Source: a virus
DNA length: 38,608 nt
Strand: one strand, 5' to 3'
Virus genome (UHGV): UHGV-0017704
The notes beneath the pieces were generated by a model that saw nothing but the letters and a program-made list of their open reading frames with translations, searched no databases and was not told where the DNA came from. Below are positions 1 through 9,362 of this stretch, in pieces. The translations under genes and the position numbers were made by a program. Position 1 is the first letter of the stretch. Each line of letters opens with the position of its first letter.

Positions 1-1388
1 AAGAAAGAGAACGTAAACAGCAAGAAAGAGAACGTAAACAGCAAGAAAGAGAACGTAAACAGCAAGAAAGAGAAGAGGCTAGACGGAAAAAATTAGAACG
101 TTTAGGAAAGTATAGAACCGAACAAGGGCGATTTTTACATTATTTAGTTGCTGAAGATATGACAAAGGAAAACCCGTGTATAAATGTTAATGGTTCAATT
201 GCTATATGGGACGGATATGCTTATACATTTGATGTATTAGAGTTTGTGAGGACAAGAATTAAAGAATATGACAAGGAAACAACAAAACGCGATAGAATTG
301 AAGTTTATAATACAATAGTTGACAATATCTACGATTATCCTAAATTTACGCAAGTTGATAAATACAGAATTGCATTTGATAATGGCGTATTAAATATTAA
401 TACCTTGGAATTTGAAACGGGAACACATCAAGAATATGCTATTTTAAACCATATTCCACATGAATATATTGAGGGTGTAGAGGAACAAGAGGAAGTTAAA
501 ACGTGGCTGAAGAACCTTGCTGACAATGATGAGAATGTATACAGTTTGCTGTTGCAATTGATTGGATACCCTATGTTGGTAAACTGTAACTTGCGAACAG
601 CCTTTATGCTTATGGGTAAAGCACAAGGCGGTAAAACAAAATTCATGGAACACGTTCAATTTTTATATGGTTCTAAAAATTATACAACGTTTGATATTGA
701 CGAGATTAACGGACGATTTAATAAGGTTCAAACATGCGGGAAGTTGTTTAACTATTCAGATGATATAGATAGCGGTTATATTGAAAAACCGAATTTCTTA
801 AAAAGACTTATCTCGGGTTTATCGTTAATGCAAGTAGAGAAAAAAGGTATTGACGGGTATGGATTGCCATTCTATGCAAAAATTATTATGAGTATGAATG
901 AATTTCCTAAAATTAAATTAGATAGTGATATTACGGCTTGGAAGTCAAGACTTAATATTATTAATTTCAAACATAAGTTCGATAAAAACCCTAGATATGA
1001 CGAATGGGCGAATGAAACGCTACGGAATACCGAAGCTATATCATGGTTAATTACTGAAGCAGTAAAAGCAATTAATAAAGCAGTAGATGACGGACAATTT
1101 TGTTATCTTGATGAAAGCTCGTTTAATAGATTTGTTGAAAATATTAACCCTATTCTAAGTGAGGCAATTGAGAAGAGTATAGACGATTGGAAAGAAGTAT
1201 ATGACGTCAAGAAGTGGTATGATGAACAAAAAGAATTAAATGCGTCAAAAACTTCTTTTAATTCTTTTATGAAAATGTTTAATAGTGTGAGTACAAATAA
1301 AGAAATTTATAAAACAAGGCACACGTCTAAAAAGACAAAAATAACAACGTATGTATATAGAGTTAGAGAGATTAAACAACAACAATAG
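1..1388 (+). CDS. SF3 (P4/D5-type) replicative helicase, 3' part of a gene that wraps across the window ends (5' part at 38452..38608)
   Basis: Frame 0 is open from nt 3 into the listed ORF 159..1388. Walker A motif MLMGKAQGGKT. The N-terminus carries in-frame 21-bp repeats encoding ERERKQQ that continue from the window end. Confidence 0.75.
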   Translation, partial: ERERKQQERERKQQERERKQQEREEARRKKLERLGKYRTEQGRFLHYLVAEDMTKENPCINVNGSIAIWDGYAYTFDVLEFVRTRIKEYDKETTKRDRIEVYNTIVDNIYDYPKFTQVDKYRIAFDNGVLNINTLEFETGTHQEYAILNHIPHEYIEGVEEQEEVKTWLKNLADNDENVYSLLLQLIGYPMLVNCNLRTAFMLMGKAQGGKTKFMEHVQFLYGSKNYTTFDIDEINGRFNKVQTCGKLFNYSDDIDSGYIEKPNFLKRLISGLSLMQVEKKGIDGYGLPFYAKIIMSMNEFPKIKLDSDITAWKSRLNIINFKHKFDKNPRYDEWANETLRNTEAISWLITEAVKAINKAVDDGQFCYLDESSFNRFVENINPILSEAIEKSIDDWKEVYDVKKWYDEQKELNASKTSFNSFMKMFNSVSTNKEIYKTRHTSKKTKITTYVYRVREIKQQQ

Positions 1389-1389
1389 T

Positions 1390-1780
1390 ATTTTTGCTGT
1401 TTTATTTCTAAAAATTATTGAAATTGTTCTAAGGCTTGGAACATCTTGGAACAATTTGGAACGAAGGGAATAACCGATAAGGCTAGTAACTACCTAGGCT
1501 AGCAGTGCTTCTGTAAAAATTGTTCAAAGTTCTAAAACCTTTCTTTCTCAAAAACTGAAGAAATATATATATATATATATATATATATAATAATAAAAAA
1601 TAAAAAATATATATAGAGAAGTAGAAAAGTTTTATATCTTGAAACATTTTAAAAATTGAACAGCAAAACATAGATAATTACTGGTTTTATCGGGGTTTTT
1701 AATTGTTCTAATTGCTGTTATGACTTTAGAACAATTAACTTATCACTTTTATATATTGGACATATTACTATTATTTGGTT
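1390..1780. promoter_or_regulatory. Putative origin of replication (iterons, inverted repeats, AT-rich unwinding element)
   Basis: Three direct TTGGAAC repeats (~1436-1465). Repeated AATTGTTCTAA boxes (~1421, ~1520, ~1693) plus a perfect inverted repeat AATTGTTCTAA..TTAGAACAATT (~1693-1735). (AT)13-14 tract. Non-coding, directly downstream of the helicase gene. Confidence 0.45.
1563..1589. repeat. (AT)n dinucleotide microsatellite, about 13 units
   Basis: Read directly from the sequence. Confidence 0.9.
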
Positions 1781-1820
1781 TATGATGTGGTGTGTATTAA
1801 ATGTTATTAAGGAGGTTTAT

Positions 1821-1988
1821 ATGTACATCAACGACGCATTAAAAGATACATTAAGAGATATGCTACAAGAATCAGACTATTACTTTGTATTAGCAGAAAT
1901 AGAGGACGCTTATGCTTCGGGTTGTCGTGACGGTTATGCTGATTGTTACGATACACAACGGACTCAATTGATTAGAGAGATATATTAA
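1821..1988 (+). CDS. Small hypothetical protein (55 aa)
   Basis: ATG preceded by AAGGAGGT. Same frame as listed ORF 1782..1988. Confidence 0.4.
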   Translation: MYINDALKDTLRDMLQESDYYFVLAEIEDAYASGCRDGYADCYDTQRTQLIREIY

Positions 1989-2107
1989 CTGTACACACAA
2001 TTTAGTTACATTTATGTTTCTTATGATTAATTAATCACGAAAGATATAAAACGAGCTTACAGAGTGAATAAGAGCGTTCTAGGGGTATTGTAGGAGGTTT
2101 ATATACT

Positions 2108-2275
2108 ATGACAAATACAGAATTAAAAGTTGCATGTACAACAGCATTTACTATTTTATTCTTTATGGGCTTCTTTGGTGAGGTTGGTTTATTAACTAGT
2201 TTTGTTGTTACAGTTATTTGGTTTATGATGTGGTGTGTATTAAATGTTATCTTGCACTTTGTACGTACAAAATAG
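2108..2275 (+). CDS. Small hydrophobic membrane protein (55 aa)
   Basis: RBS TAGGAGGT then ATG. Two predicted TM segments. Not in the ORF track because it is shorter than 60 aa. Confidence 0.5.
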   Translation: MTNTELKVACTTAFTILFFMGFFGEVGLLTSFVVTVIWFMMWCVLNVILHFVRTK

Positions 2276-2361
2276 TTATGTTTTTATCTCTAGGTAAAAC
2301 TATAAGCCGAAGATACTAAACAGGGCTTATAGGGCGTTTAAATGAATTATGGAGGTATTAT

Positions 2362-2499
2362 ATGAGTAGGAATAATTTAATTGACATACTAAATTATGCA
2401 CTCAATCAACACGGATTTGTTAGTTTGGTTGATGTGGTACATAATATGATTGAACGCGAATATGACAAGGGATACGATGAGGTAGAATATTATGATTAA
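2362..2499 (+). CDS. Small hypothetical protein (45 aa)
   Basis: RBS GGAGGT then ATG. Stop overlaps the start of the next gene (ATGATTAA). Confidence 0.35.
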   Translation: MSRNNLIDILNYALNQHGFVSLVDVVHNMIEREYDKGYDEVEYYD

Positions 2500-2866
2500 G
2501 TTAGTTAACTGCAAGGCACTGTTTACACAAGATTTTATCAACGATATTAAGAAGAATATTCATAAATATCATCAAGGTTTTATGATTGTTAATGATGAGT
2601 TATATCTTCCAGTTTATACTGTTACTCGATTAGGTTTAGAATATGACAACGATGTAGATACATTTACATTAGCTGACTATAGTGAAGCAACAGCAACAGA
2701 CAATGTATCATGTTTGTTTGGTAATCATGATTATATTAATAACAACGAAGTTATTACATTAGCTGACAATGTGTTAAGGGTTGAACTCAATAAAGTATTT
2801 GAATTAGTGTTAGACTTATGTCATGATAATTATTGGCAAGGGTATAAAGACGGGTTTGAGGCGTAG
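2492..2866 (+). CDS. Hypothetical protein
   Basis: ORF of 124 aa, coupled to the upstream small ORF. Confidence 0.5.
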   Translation: MIKLVNCKALFTQDFINDIKKNIHKYHQGFMIVNDELYLPVYTVTRLGLEYDNDVDTFTLADYSEATATDNVSCLFGNHDYINNNEVITLADNVLRVELNKVFELVLDLCHDNYWQGYKDGFEA

Positions 2867-2919
2867 GGTACTAGGTACGTACTCACATCATACGTTAAAA
2901 CTAAAGTTTGAGGGCTTAT

Positions 2920-3080
2920 CTATCGCGCGAGAAGTATCCCGCCCCTTATATAGCCCCCTATCCCTTTTAATTCACGAATTTCACCCAACGCCCCCTTTAC
3001 TAAACACAATTTTCATATTGTAAATACCACTTTAAATTAATTATAATAAAGTATCATATGAGCATATGCTCATATTATAT
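2920..3080. other. Candidate packaging (cos/pac) region upstream of the small terminase gene
   Basis: Unusually C-rich tract (CCCGCCCCTTATATAGCCCCCTATCCC) in an AT-rich genome, plus a 20-bp perfect palindrome ATATGAGCATATGCTCATAT at 3056..3075. Confidence 0.3.
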
Positions 3081-3133
3081 TCTACAATTAAATTGTGTAC
3101 AATCGTATGAACATTTATTCATATAACAAAATA

Positions 3134-3162
3134 TTGACATTTTATTTACCCAATGATATAAT
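3134..3162 (+). promoter_or_regulatory. Sigma-A promoter TTGACA-17-TATAAT
   Basis: Exact consensus hexamers with a 17-nt spacer. Confidence 0.6.
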
Positions 3163-3181
3163 AAATTACAAAGGAGTAATA

Positions 3182-3274
3182 ATGATAGGGAAAATGTTTG
3201 GAAAATTAACAGTTATTTCTGAATTATCTGAACGAGCAAATGGAGGTGATAAACGTGGGTGTACGATTAAATGA
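3182..3274 (+). pseudogene. N-terminal remnant of an HNH-like homing endonuclease
   Basis: 30-aa ORF MIGKMFGKLTVISELSERANGG.. resembles the conserved N-terminus (G-x-FG-L-TVI) of this endonuclease family. It runs into the small terminase gene in another frame. Confidence 0.3.
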
Positions 3275-3581
3275 AGAACAATTAAAACGTAAACAATGGA
3301 TTATCGAACGTATGGACGATTATAAAGAAATTGACGAGCCACTCGTTGAGGCGTTGGCGTTCGCAATTGATAGACTTGAATATATGGACGAGAGAATTAA
3401 CACAATCCCCGCCATGTTAGATGACCGCCAATTTATGGCAAGTCGCGATAAGTTTGTAAAACAAGTCGAAAGCGGTTTGAAAATGCTAGATATTACGCCT
3501 CAAGCTCGGAACAAAAAAGAGGCTGAAGCGGTTAAACAATTAGAAAATAAAGACCCTTTGGAGGCGTTACTAGATGTATAA
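3255..3581 (+). CDS. terS: Terminase small subunit (P27-like)
   Basis: About 108 aa, GTG start after GGAGGTG, directly upstream of and overlapping the large terminase gene. The ORF track offers an alternative start at 3240. Confidence 0.5.
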   Translation: MGVRLNEEQLKRKQWIIERMDDYKEIDEPLVEALAFAIDRLEYMDERINTIPAMLDDRQFMASRDKFVKQVESGLKMLDITPQARNKKEAEAVKQLENKDPLEALLDV

Positions 3582-5241
3582 AAAAGCCTATGAATATTGT
3601 AAATGGGCAGTGCAATCTGATAACAATAAAGTTCCTAAGTACGTTAAAAAACAGTGTTCACAATTTATAGATATATGGGAAGATAAGGATACTATTTCAA
3701 TAATAGACCACAACAAAGCCAATAAGATTTATAAATTATTACAGCTAATTAACGTACCTAAGGGGGACGGCGTAGGTAAATCAGTTGTAAATAGCCTCAC
3801 GGGCTTTCAATGGTTATTACTCATCGCCCCGTTTTGTGTGGTACATCGAGACGACAACAGCAAGAGAACATATGAGCAGATACTACTAGAAATCGCCCGT
3901 AAAAATGCGAAGTCTTATGTATCCGCCCTTATATGTTTGGTACTTATGATTTTAGAACCTAAATTCTCACGATTTTTTACAGTAGCACCAACTGGAGCGT
4001 TAGCCCGTGAAACATTTAGACAAATGAAAGAGTTTGTCAATACGTCACCCGCCTTAAGTAAACATTTTAAATTAAGGCGTGATAACATTATATGTACGTT
4101 AACAAGCTCGGAATACGTTCCGCTTAACTACAGTACAAGTACACTAGACGGAAAGCTCCCAAATGCTTGGCTTGGCGATGAAGTCGGGGCGTTACCTTGT
4201 AGCTATCCTCTTGACGCCATGCGTTCGGGTAGTGTACTATTAAAAAATAAACTAGGTATTATCATGTCTACAAAATATCCTACAGTTGATAACCCTATGG
4301 AGGCTGAGGTACAATATAGTAAAAACGTATTAGACGGGATAGTTGAGGATACAACTATCTTTTCATTATTGTATGAGCCCGATAAACCTAAAGGAGATTG
4401 GACTACGGATAATAGTATATTGGAACAAGCTAACCCGTTAGCGATTGAAGTACCTGTACTATGGGATAACTTGATTAAAACCCGTACTAAGGCGATTGAG
4501 TTACCCGAAACTAAATCGAATTTTTTAACTAAACATTGTAATATTATATGTAGTGAAACAGGTAACGAAGCATACGTTGATATTCAAGATGTAAAAGCAT
4601 GTGCTACGTCTAAACATATTGACTGGAACGGGCGTGACGTTTACGTTGGACTTGATTTATCAATCTCGGGCGATAACACAAGTGTTAGTATTGCGTGTCG
4701 CGATGACAATGGTAAATTAATTTGTAAACCTATGTGCTTTATTCCTAAAGATAGGAAAGACATAAAATCTAAAAAAGAACGCTGTAATTATGACCAATAT
4801 ATTGAAAATAATCAATGTATTGCATGCGGTAGTGATGTAATCGACTATGCAACAGTAGAAGATTATATTATTAACCTACCACAAACGTTAGGGGTTAACA
4901 TTATTGCAGTAGGATATGATAGGTTTAACGCTATGTCTACAGTGTGTAAACTGGAGGAAGCGGGTATACCATGTATTGAGGTTAAACAGCACTCAAGTGT
5001 ATTGGCTAGTCCTACAAAACTACTTTATGAGGAAATAACTACACATAATTTCATGTATGAAGAAAATGAATTATTTGAAGTTAATTTCGCCAATTGTAAA
5101 GTACAGTATGATACAAATATGAATAGATATGTTCATAAAAAGAAATCTCAACGTAAAGTAGATATGGTTGTAGCAACTTTGGACGCTGTAACCCTGTTGG
5201 AACAAGCGGAATTGCTAGACAGTAACTGGGTATGCGAATAA
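3574..5241 (+). CDS. terL: Terminase large subunit (Terminase_1-like)
   Basis: 555 aa. Walker A-like IARKNAKS. Length and position before the portal gene. Confidence 0.85.
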   Translation: MYKKAYEYCKWAVQSDNNKVPKYVKKQCSQFIDIWEDKDTISIIDHNKANKIYKLLQLINVPKGDGVGKSVVNSLTGFQWLLLIAPFCVVHRDDNSKRTYEQILLEIARKNAKSYVSALICLVLMILEPKFSRFFTVAPTGALARETFRQMKEFVNTSPALSKHFKLRRDNIICTLTSSEYVPLNYSTSTLDGKLPNAWLGDEVGALPCSYPLDAMRSGSVLLKNKLGIIMSTKYPTVDNPMEAEVQYSKNVLDGIVEDTTIFSLLYEPDKPKGDWTTDNSILEQANPLAIEVPVLWDNLIKTRTKAIELPETKSNFLTKHCNIICSETGNEAYVDIQDVKACATSKHIDWNGRDVYVGLDLSISGDNTSVSIACRDDNGKLICKPMCFIPKDRKDIKSKKERCNYDQYIENNQCIACGSDVIDYATVEDYIINLPQTLGVNIIAVGYDRFNAMSTVCKLEEAGIPCIEVKQHSSVLASPTKLLYEEITTHNFMYEENELFEVNFANCKVQYDTNMNRYVHKKKSQRKVDMVVATLDAVTLLEQAELLDSNWVCE

Positions 5242-5244
5242 TAC

Positions 5245-5273
5245 TTGACATATATATTAGTATTTGATATAAT
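5245..5273 (+). promoter_or_regulatory. Consensus sigma-A promoter TTGACA-17-TATAAT immediately after the large terminase stop
   Basis: Exact hexamers at 5245..5250 and 5268..5273. Confidence 0.55.
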
Positions 5274-5376
5274 ATACTTGAACTAAAAAGATAAAACATT
5301 TATTATCTCCGAGCGGTATGCGTGTTAGTCCCCTAACCCGCAACGCTAAAACAAATTACATTTATATATCTTTTTG

Positions 5377-5410
5377 ACCTGTACAAATTTGTACAGGTTT
5401 TTTATTTTTC
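5377..5410 (+). terminator. Rho-independent terminator
   Basis: Palindrome CCTGTACAAATTTGTACAGG followed by a T-run. Confidence 0.7.
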
Positions 5411-5413
5411 TTG

Positions 5414-5442
5414 TTGACATTGTACTAACAATTTGATATAAT
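5414..5442 (+). promoter_or_regulatory. Late-type promoter TTGACA-TTGTACTAACAAT-TATAAT (copy 1 of 4)
   Basis: Exact -35 and -10 hexamers with a 17-nt spacer containing the inverted repeat ATTGT-ACTA-ACAAT. Confidence 0.6.
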
Positions 5443-5465
5443 GTACTCACAAAGGAGGTGATAAA

Positions 5466-5618
5466 ATGAAAGAAATTAAGAACACACGCTTGCAAGTGCG
5501 TTGTACAGCCGAGGAACTAGAAGAGTTTAAAGAGCAAGCTAATGAGAATGGTTTTACAATATCTGATTATATTAGATACTTGATTGAGAATGATGTGAAA
5601 GGAGGTGAAGAATAACAT
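5466..5618 (+). CDS. Ribbon-helix-helix (CopG-like) small DNA-binding protein, 50 aa
   Basis: RBS AGGAGGTG then ATG. Sequence TRLQVRCTAEELEEFKEQANENGFTISDYIRYLI fits a beta-alpha-alpha RHH fold. Missing from the ORF track because it is shorter than 60 aa. Confidence 0.5.
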
Positions 5619-6829
5619 TGTTTGATTGGTTTAAAAGTGAAAATCGAGCAACAGACGCGGAAATTCTTGCAGATGTAGCCGACGGGTTCGCTCCCCTAAC
5701 TGGAACAGCAAAAACACGAGCTGACGCCTTGAGTATTCCAGCAGTTGCTACCGCAGTTGATTGGATAAGCGGGGCTATTAGTGGTTTACCTATCCGAATG
5801 TATAAGAAAACTGATAGCGGTTATCAAGAAGTATTTGACGATTATCGTATTGATTTAGTTAACCAATACAGCGGTAACTGCATGACGGCTAGTGATTTGT
5901 TCAAGAATATCATTACCGACTATCTACTAGACGGGAACGGGTTCGCTTATGTGGTTAAACGAGGGAATAAGATTGAAAAATTGTCTTATATTCCGCCTAC
6001 AAAGCTAACTTATACAGAGTCAGTAGACTGTATCGATAAAGTCTTGAAAGTATGGGTTGACGCTCGCGAAATTCGAGATTATGATTTGTTGCGTATTTGT
6101 AGACATACAAAGAATGGTTTGACTGGTATTGGTTTTGTATCTGACAATCAACTTTTACTATCTACTATTCTTAACTCTTTGGACTACGAAAACAAAACAA
6201 CGTCAAGCGGTGTGCGTCGTGGTTTCTTAAAATCTAAATTCAAATTAGATAAAGGAAAATTAAAATCGTTGAAAGAGGCTTGGCAGAAGTTACGCAATCG
6301 TGATAGCGATGTATTGGTACTTAATGAGGGTATCGAGTTCGAGAACGCTACAAGCACAGCAACTGAAAGCCAGTTGAGTCAGAATAAGGAAATTAATACC
6401 CGTGCCGTACTCACATACTTTGGTTTACCTAGTAATTTTCTAACAAATGCTAACTCAGATAGTTACAAAACTGCTGTTATGATTGCAGTACTACCTATTG
6501 TGGCTCAGTTAGAAAACGCGTTAAATGAGTACTTGTTGTTGGAAAGTGAAAAGGGTAATTTAAAATTCGTTATTGATACTACTTCTCTTATGCGTACTAA
6601 CATTGTTGAACGTTATAACGCCTATAAAGTAGGCGTTGATAGCGGTGTACTCACAATTGATGAAGTTAGACGTCTTGAGTCTTTACCAGTATTAGATTTG
6701 CCATTTGTTAAAATGTCATTAGGCAACGTATTATATAATACCGAAAATGGTAATATTTTCGTTCCAAATACAGGCGTCACAACAGATATGCAAGGAAATA
6801 CTAATACTCAAGAAAATAATGAAAATTAG
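5618..6829 (+). CDS. Portal protein (HK97 family)
   Basis: TTG start after AGGAGGTG. Hallmark ALSIPAVATAVDWISGAISGLPIRMY. Confidence 0.85.
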   Translation: MFDWFKSENRATDAEILADVADGFAPLTGTAKTRADALSIPAVATAVDWISGAISGLPIRMYKKTDSGYQEVFDDYRIDLVNQYSGNCMTASDLFKNIITDYLLDGNGFAYVVKRGNKIEKLSYIPPTKLTYTESVDCIDKVLKVWVDAREIRDYDLLRICRHTKNGLTGIGFVSDNQLLLSTILNSLDYENKTTSSGVRRGFLKSKFKLDKGKLKSLKEAWQKLRNRDSDVLVLNEGIEFENATSTATESQLSQNKEINTRAVLTYFGLPSNFLTNANSDSYKTAVMIAVLPIVAQLENALNEYLLLESEKGNLKFVIDTTSLMRTNIVERYNAYKVGVDSGVLTIDEVRRLESLPVLDLPFVKMSLGNVLYNTENGNIFVPNTGVTTDMQGNTNTQENNEN

Positions 6830-6832
6830 CCG

Positions 6833-6861
6833 TTGACATTGTACTAACAATACTGTATAAT
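6833..6861 (+). promoter_or_regulatory. Late-type promoter (copy 2 of 4)
   Basis: TTGACATTGTACTAACAAT..TATAAT. Confidence 0.6.
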
Positions 6862-6884
6862 AGATATTGTTAGGAGGTGACAAA

Positions 6885-7442
6885 TTGAAAATCGAATTAA
6901 GAAACGGACTAATTCACATTGGCGGTTACGTTAATGCGGTAGAACGTGAAAGCCGTGTTTTACATGATAGTTCGGGCGAGTTTGTAGAAGTAATGAAAGA
7001 GGGCGTATTTAGAAAAGCTCTTGAACGAAACTCAGACGTTGGACTTATGTTTAATCACGTACGTTCTATTGAACCACAAAATATGACTCTAACTGAGGAT
7101 AGTATCGGGTTGAAAATTGACGTAGACGTTACAGACCCCGAAGTAATTCAAAACGCAAAAGACGGAAAACTAACGGGCTTCTCATTTGGCTTCCGTTGTT
7201 TACAGTCTGATTTTGAAGAACGAGACGGGCTTCCACGTTTACGGAATGTTACCGATATTGACTTAATTGAAGTGTCTATCTTGAACTGTACGCCCGCTTA
7301 TCGAGCAACTGAAATTGATACAAGGGGCTTGATTGAACAGCGTGGCGAAGTTAGCGAAGTAGAAATTGACGATACTGAAATTAAAGCTCTTGAACAATTA
7401 AATACTTATAAAGCACATTGGAATTTTATTAAAGGAGAATAA
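6885..7442 (+). CDS. Prohead protease (HK97/S78 family)
   Basis: TTG start after GGAGGTG (the ORF track lists 6867). Motifs MFNH..SFGF typical of prohead proteases. Position between portal and capsid genes. Confidence 0.75.
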   Translation: MKIELRNGLIHIGGYVNAVERESRVLHDSSGEFVEVMKEGVFRKALERNSDVGLMFNHVRSIEPQNMTLTEDSIGLKIDVDVTDPEVIQNAKDGKLTGFSFGFRCLQSDFEERDGLPRLRNVTDIDLIEVSILNCTPAYRATEIDTRGLIEQRGEVSEVEIDDTEIKALEQLNTYKAHWNFIKGE

Positions 7443-7445
7443 TTA

Positions 7446-8594
7446 ATGAATTTAAAAGCTCTTATTGAAAAACGTAATGCACTTGTAGAAGAAATTAACA
7501 AAGTTTTTGAAACAGCAGAAGCCGAAACACGTGCGTTAACGTCTGAAGAACAAGAAACATTTACAGCTAAAACTCAAGAATTGAAAGACCTTGACGCCAC
7601 CATTAAAATGGCGAAAGAGGCTCGTTCCTTGAAAGATATGGATGTACCTCAAGAAGAACGTAAACAAGTAGAAGAAAAAGAAGCTGACGATAAAGCTGAA
7701 GTTCGTGCTTTTGAAACATTTATCCGTGAAAATCGTGCGGGTGAAATGAACATCGGTGACAATGGTGCTGTAATTCCTACTACAATTGCTAACCAAATCT
7801 TAGATACTGTAAAACAAATTGCACCTCTTTATGGCTTGGCTACTAAATTCAACGTAAAAGGTAAATTGGAATTCCCAGTTGCTAAAAACGCAATCACAAC
7901 TGCTTATTCCGAAGAATTTACAGCGTTGACTTCCTCCGCAGTTGGTTTTGATAAACGTACTCTTGACGGCTTCCTTGTTGGTGCATTGTCTAAAGTATCT
8001 GTATCCTTGATTAATAACTCTCAATTTGATATTGTTAATTATGTAATTAACAAAGTTGCTGAGTCTATTGCCTTGTTCTTGGAAAAAGAAATTATCAGCG
8101 GTGCAGGTACTACTAAAATGACTGGCGTATTGGTTGATACTCTTGTTAAAAAAGTAGAAACAGCGGGTGATGTACCTACAGCAGACGAATTTATTGCTGT
8201 ACAAGTTGAAGTTCCTCAAGCATATCAAGCGGGTTGTGCATGGTTAGTATCTAACAAAACATTGTTGGCTATGCGTCAAATGAAAGATACAAACGGACGT
8301 TACTTCTTGCAAAACGATTTGACAAACGGCTTCGGTTATACATTCCTTGGCAAGCCTGTCATGGTATCTGACCAAATGACAGATACAAACGTTGTATATG
8401 GTGACTTCAGCGGTTACTTTGTAAACATTCACGAAAACATTAACATTAAAGTGTTAAATGAAAAATACGCTGATGAACATGCAGTAGGCGTTGTGGCTTG
8501 GCTTGAAGTTGACGGCAAGGTTATAGAAGAGGGTAAACTTGTTAAAACTGTTAAGAAAACAGGTGCTTCCTCTCGTGCGAAAGCAAGTGAATAA
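7446..8594 (+). CDS. Major capsid protein (HK97 fold) with N-terminal coiled-coil delta domain
   Basis: 382 aa. Charged helical N-terminus. Follows the protease gene. Confidence 0.85.
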   Translation: MNLKALIEKRNALVEEINKVFETAEAETRALTSEEQETFTAKTQELKDLDATIKMAKEARSLKDMDVPQEERKQVEEKEADDKAEVRAFETFIRENRAGEMNIGDNGAVIPTTIANQILDTVKQIAPLYGLATKFNVKGKLEFPVAKNAITTAYSEEFTALTSSAVGFDKRTLDGFLVGALSKVSVSLINNSQFDIVNYVINKVAESIALFLEKEIISGAGTTKMTGVLVDTLVKKVETAGDVPTADEFIAVQVEVPQAYQAGCAWLVSNKTLLAMRQMKDTNGRYFLQNDLTNGFGYTFLGKPVMVSDQMTDTNVVYGDFSGYFVNIHENINIKVLNEKYADEHAVGVVAWLEVDGKVIEEGKLVKTVKKTGASSRAKASE

Positions 8595-8609
8595 TTGAAT
8601 AAGTAATTT

Positions 8610-8645
8610 AAGGGGGTAGGGCGAACGCCCCGCCCCTTATTTACT
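8610..8645 (+). terminator. GC-rich hairpin terminator after the capsid gene
   Basis: AAGGGGGTAGGGCGAACGCCCCGCCCCTT followed by ATTT. Confidence 0.55.
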
Positions 8646-8658
8646 ATAAGGAGGGTAA

Positions 8659-8955
8659 ATGAAAGTATCCGAAATTAGTTTAGATACACTGAAACAGTAT
8701 TTACGCGTAGACGGGAATGACGATGATATTCTACTAGGTGCATATCTTGATAGTGCAAAAGAGTATATGATGAGTTATCTCGGATGTACCGAACAAGATT
8801 TAGATAAATATGCTCCCCTTGCAGTTGTTGCCATGGCGATTGTGGCGGACGCTTTTGAAGTTAGACAATTCACATCTAGCACAATCACAAAGAACCCGCT
8901 CATCGAACAAATGCTTGCCATGTACTGTAATAATTTCTTGGAGGCTGACGAATGA
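8659..8955 (+). CDS. Head-tail connector (gp6-like)
   Basis: N-terminus LDTLKQYLRVDGNDDDILL is typical. 98 aa. Confidence 0.7.
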   Translation: MKVSEISLDTLKQYLRVDGNDDDILLGAYLDSAKEYMMSYLGCTEQDLDKYAPLAVVAMAIVADAFEVRQFTSSTITKNPLIEQMLAMYCNNFLEADE

Positions 8956-9302
8956 GATACGTTAAGGACTTGCGATTGACAAGTATGCTTAAGAACCGAC
9001 TTGAAGTATGGGGAATTGCGACAGCAACGGAAAAGAACCGACTTGGGCAATATCCGAAAGAGGAGAAAAAACTGTTTGACGTTTGGGGGGCTATTTTACC
9101 GATGACGGGCGGGTTATTAAGTGGTAGGCAAGCAGATACAACGCTCACGCGTACAACTCACAAGATTGTGACGCGATATACTGCCAAAATTAATTCAAGT
9201 ATGTTCATTATGTATAAGGGTACTCGTTACGATATTCTATACATTCAAGACCCGTATTTAAACGGCGAACGCCTTGAAATATTTTGTGAGGTTGTTATTT
9301 AA
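8952..9302 (+). CDS. Head closure / head-tail joining protein
   Basis: Pattern DVWGAILPMTGG..RYDILYI is characteristic of this family. Confidence 0.7.
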   Translation: MRYVKDLRLTSMLKNRLEVWGIATATEKNRLGQYPKEEKKLFDVWGAILPMTGGLLSGRQADTTLTRTTHKIVTRYTAKINSSMFIMYKGTRYDILYIQDPYLNGERLEIFCEVVI

Positions 9303-9305
9303 CTC

Positions 9306-9334
9306 TTGCAATTGTACTAACACTATGATATAAT
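9306..9334 (+). promoter_or_regulatory. Late-type promoter (copy 3 of 4, TTGCAA variant)
   Basis: TTGCAATTGTACTAACAC..TATAAT. Confidence 0.5.
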
Positions 9335-9362
9335 TAATTGTGTTAGGAGGTGAATTGTATTA

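Noticed and set aside
2823-3023. ORF 2823..3023 (+).
   Set aside because: It has no RBS, spans the C-rich non-coding tract, and has P/L-rich composition. It is more likely part of the packaging or regulatory region.
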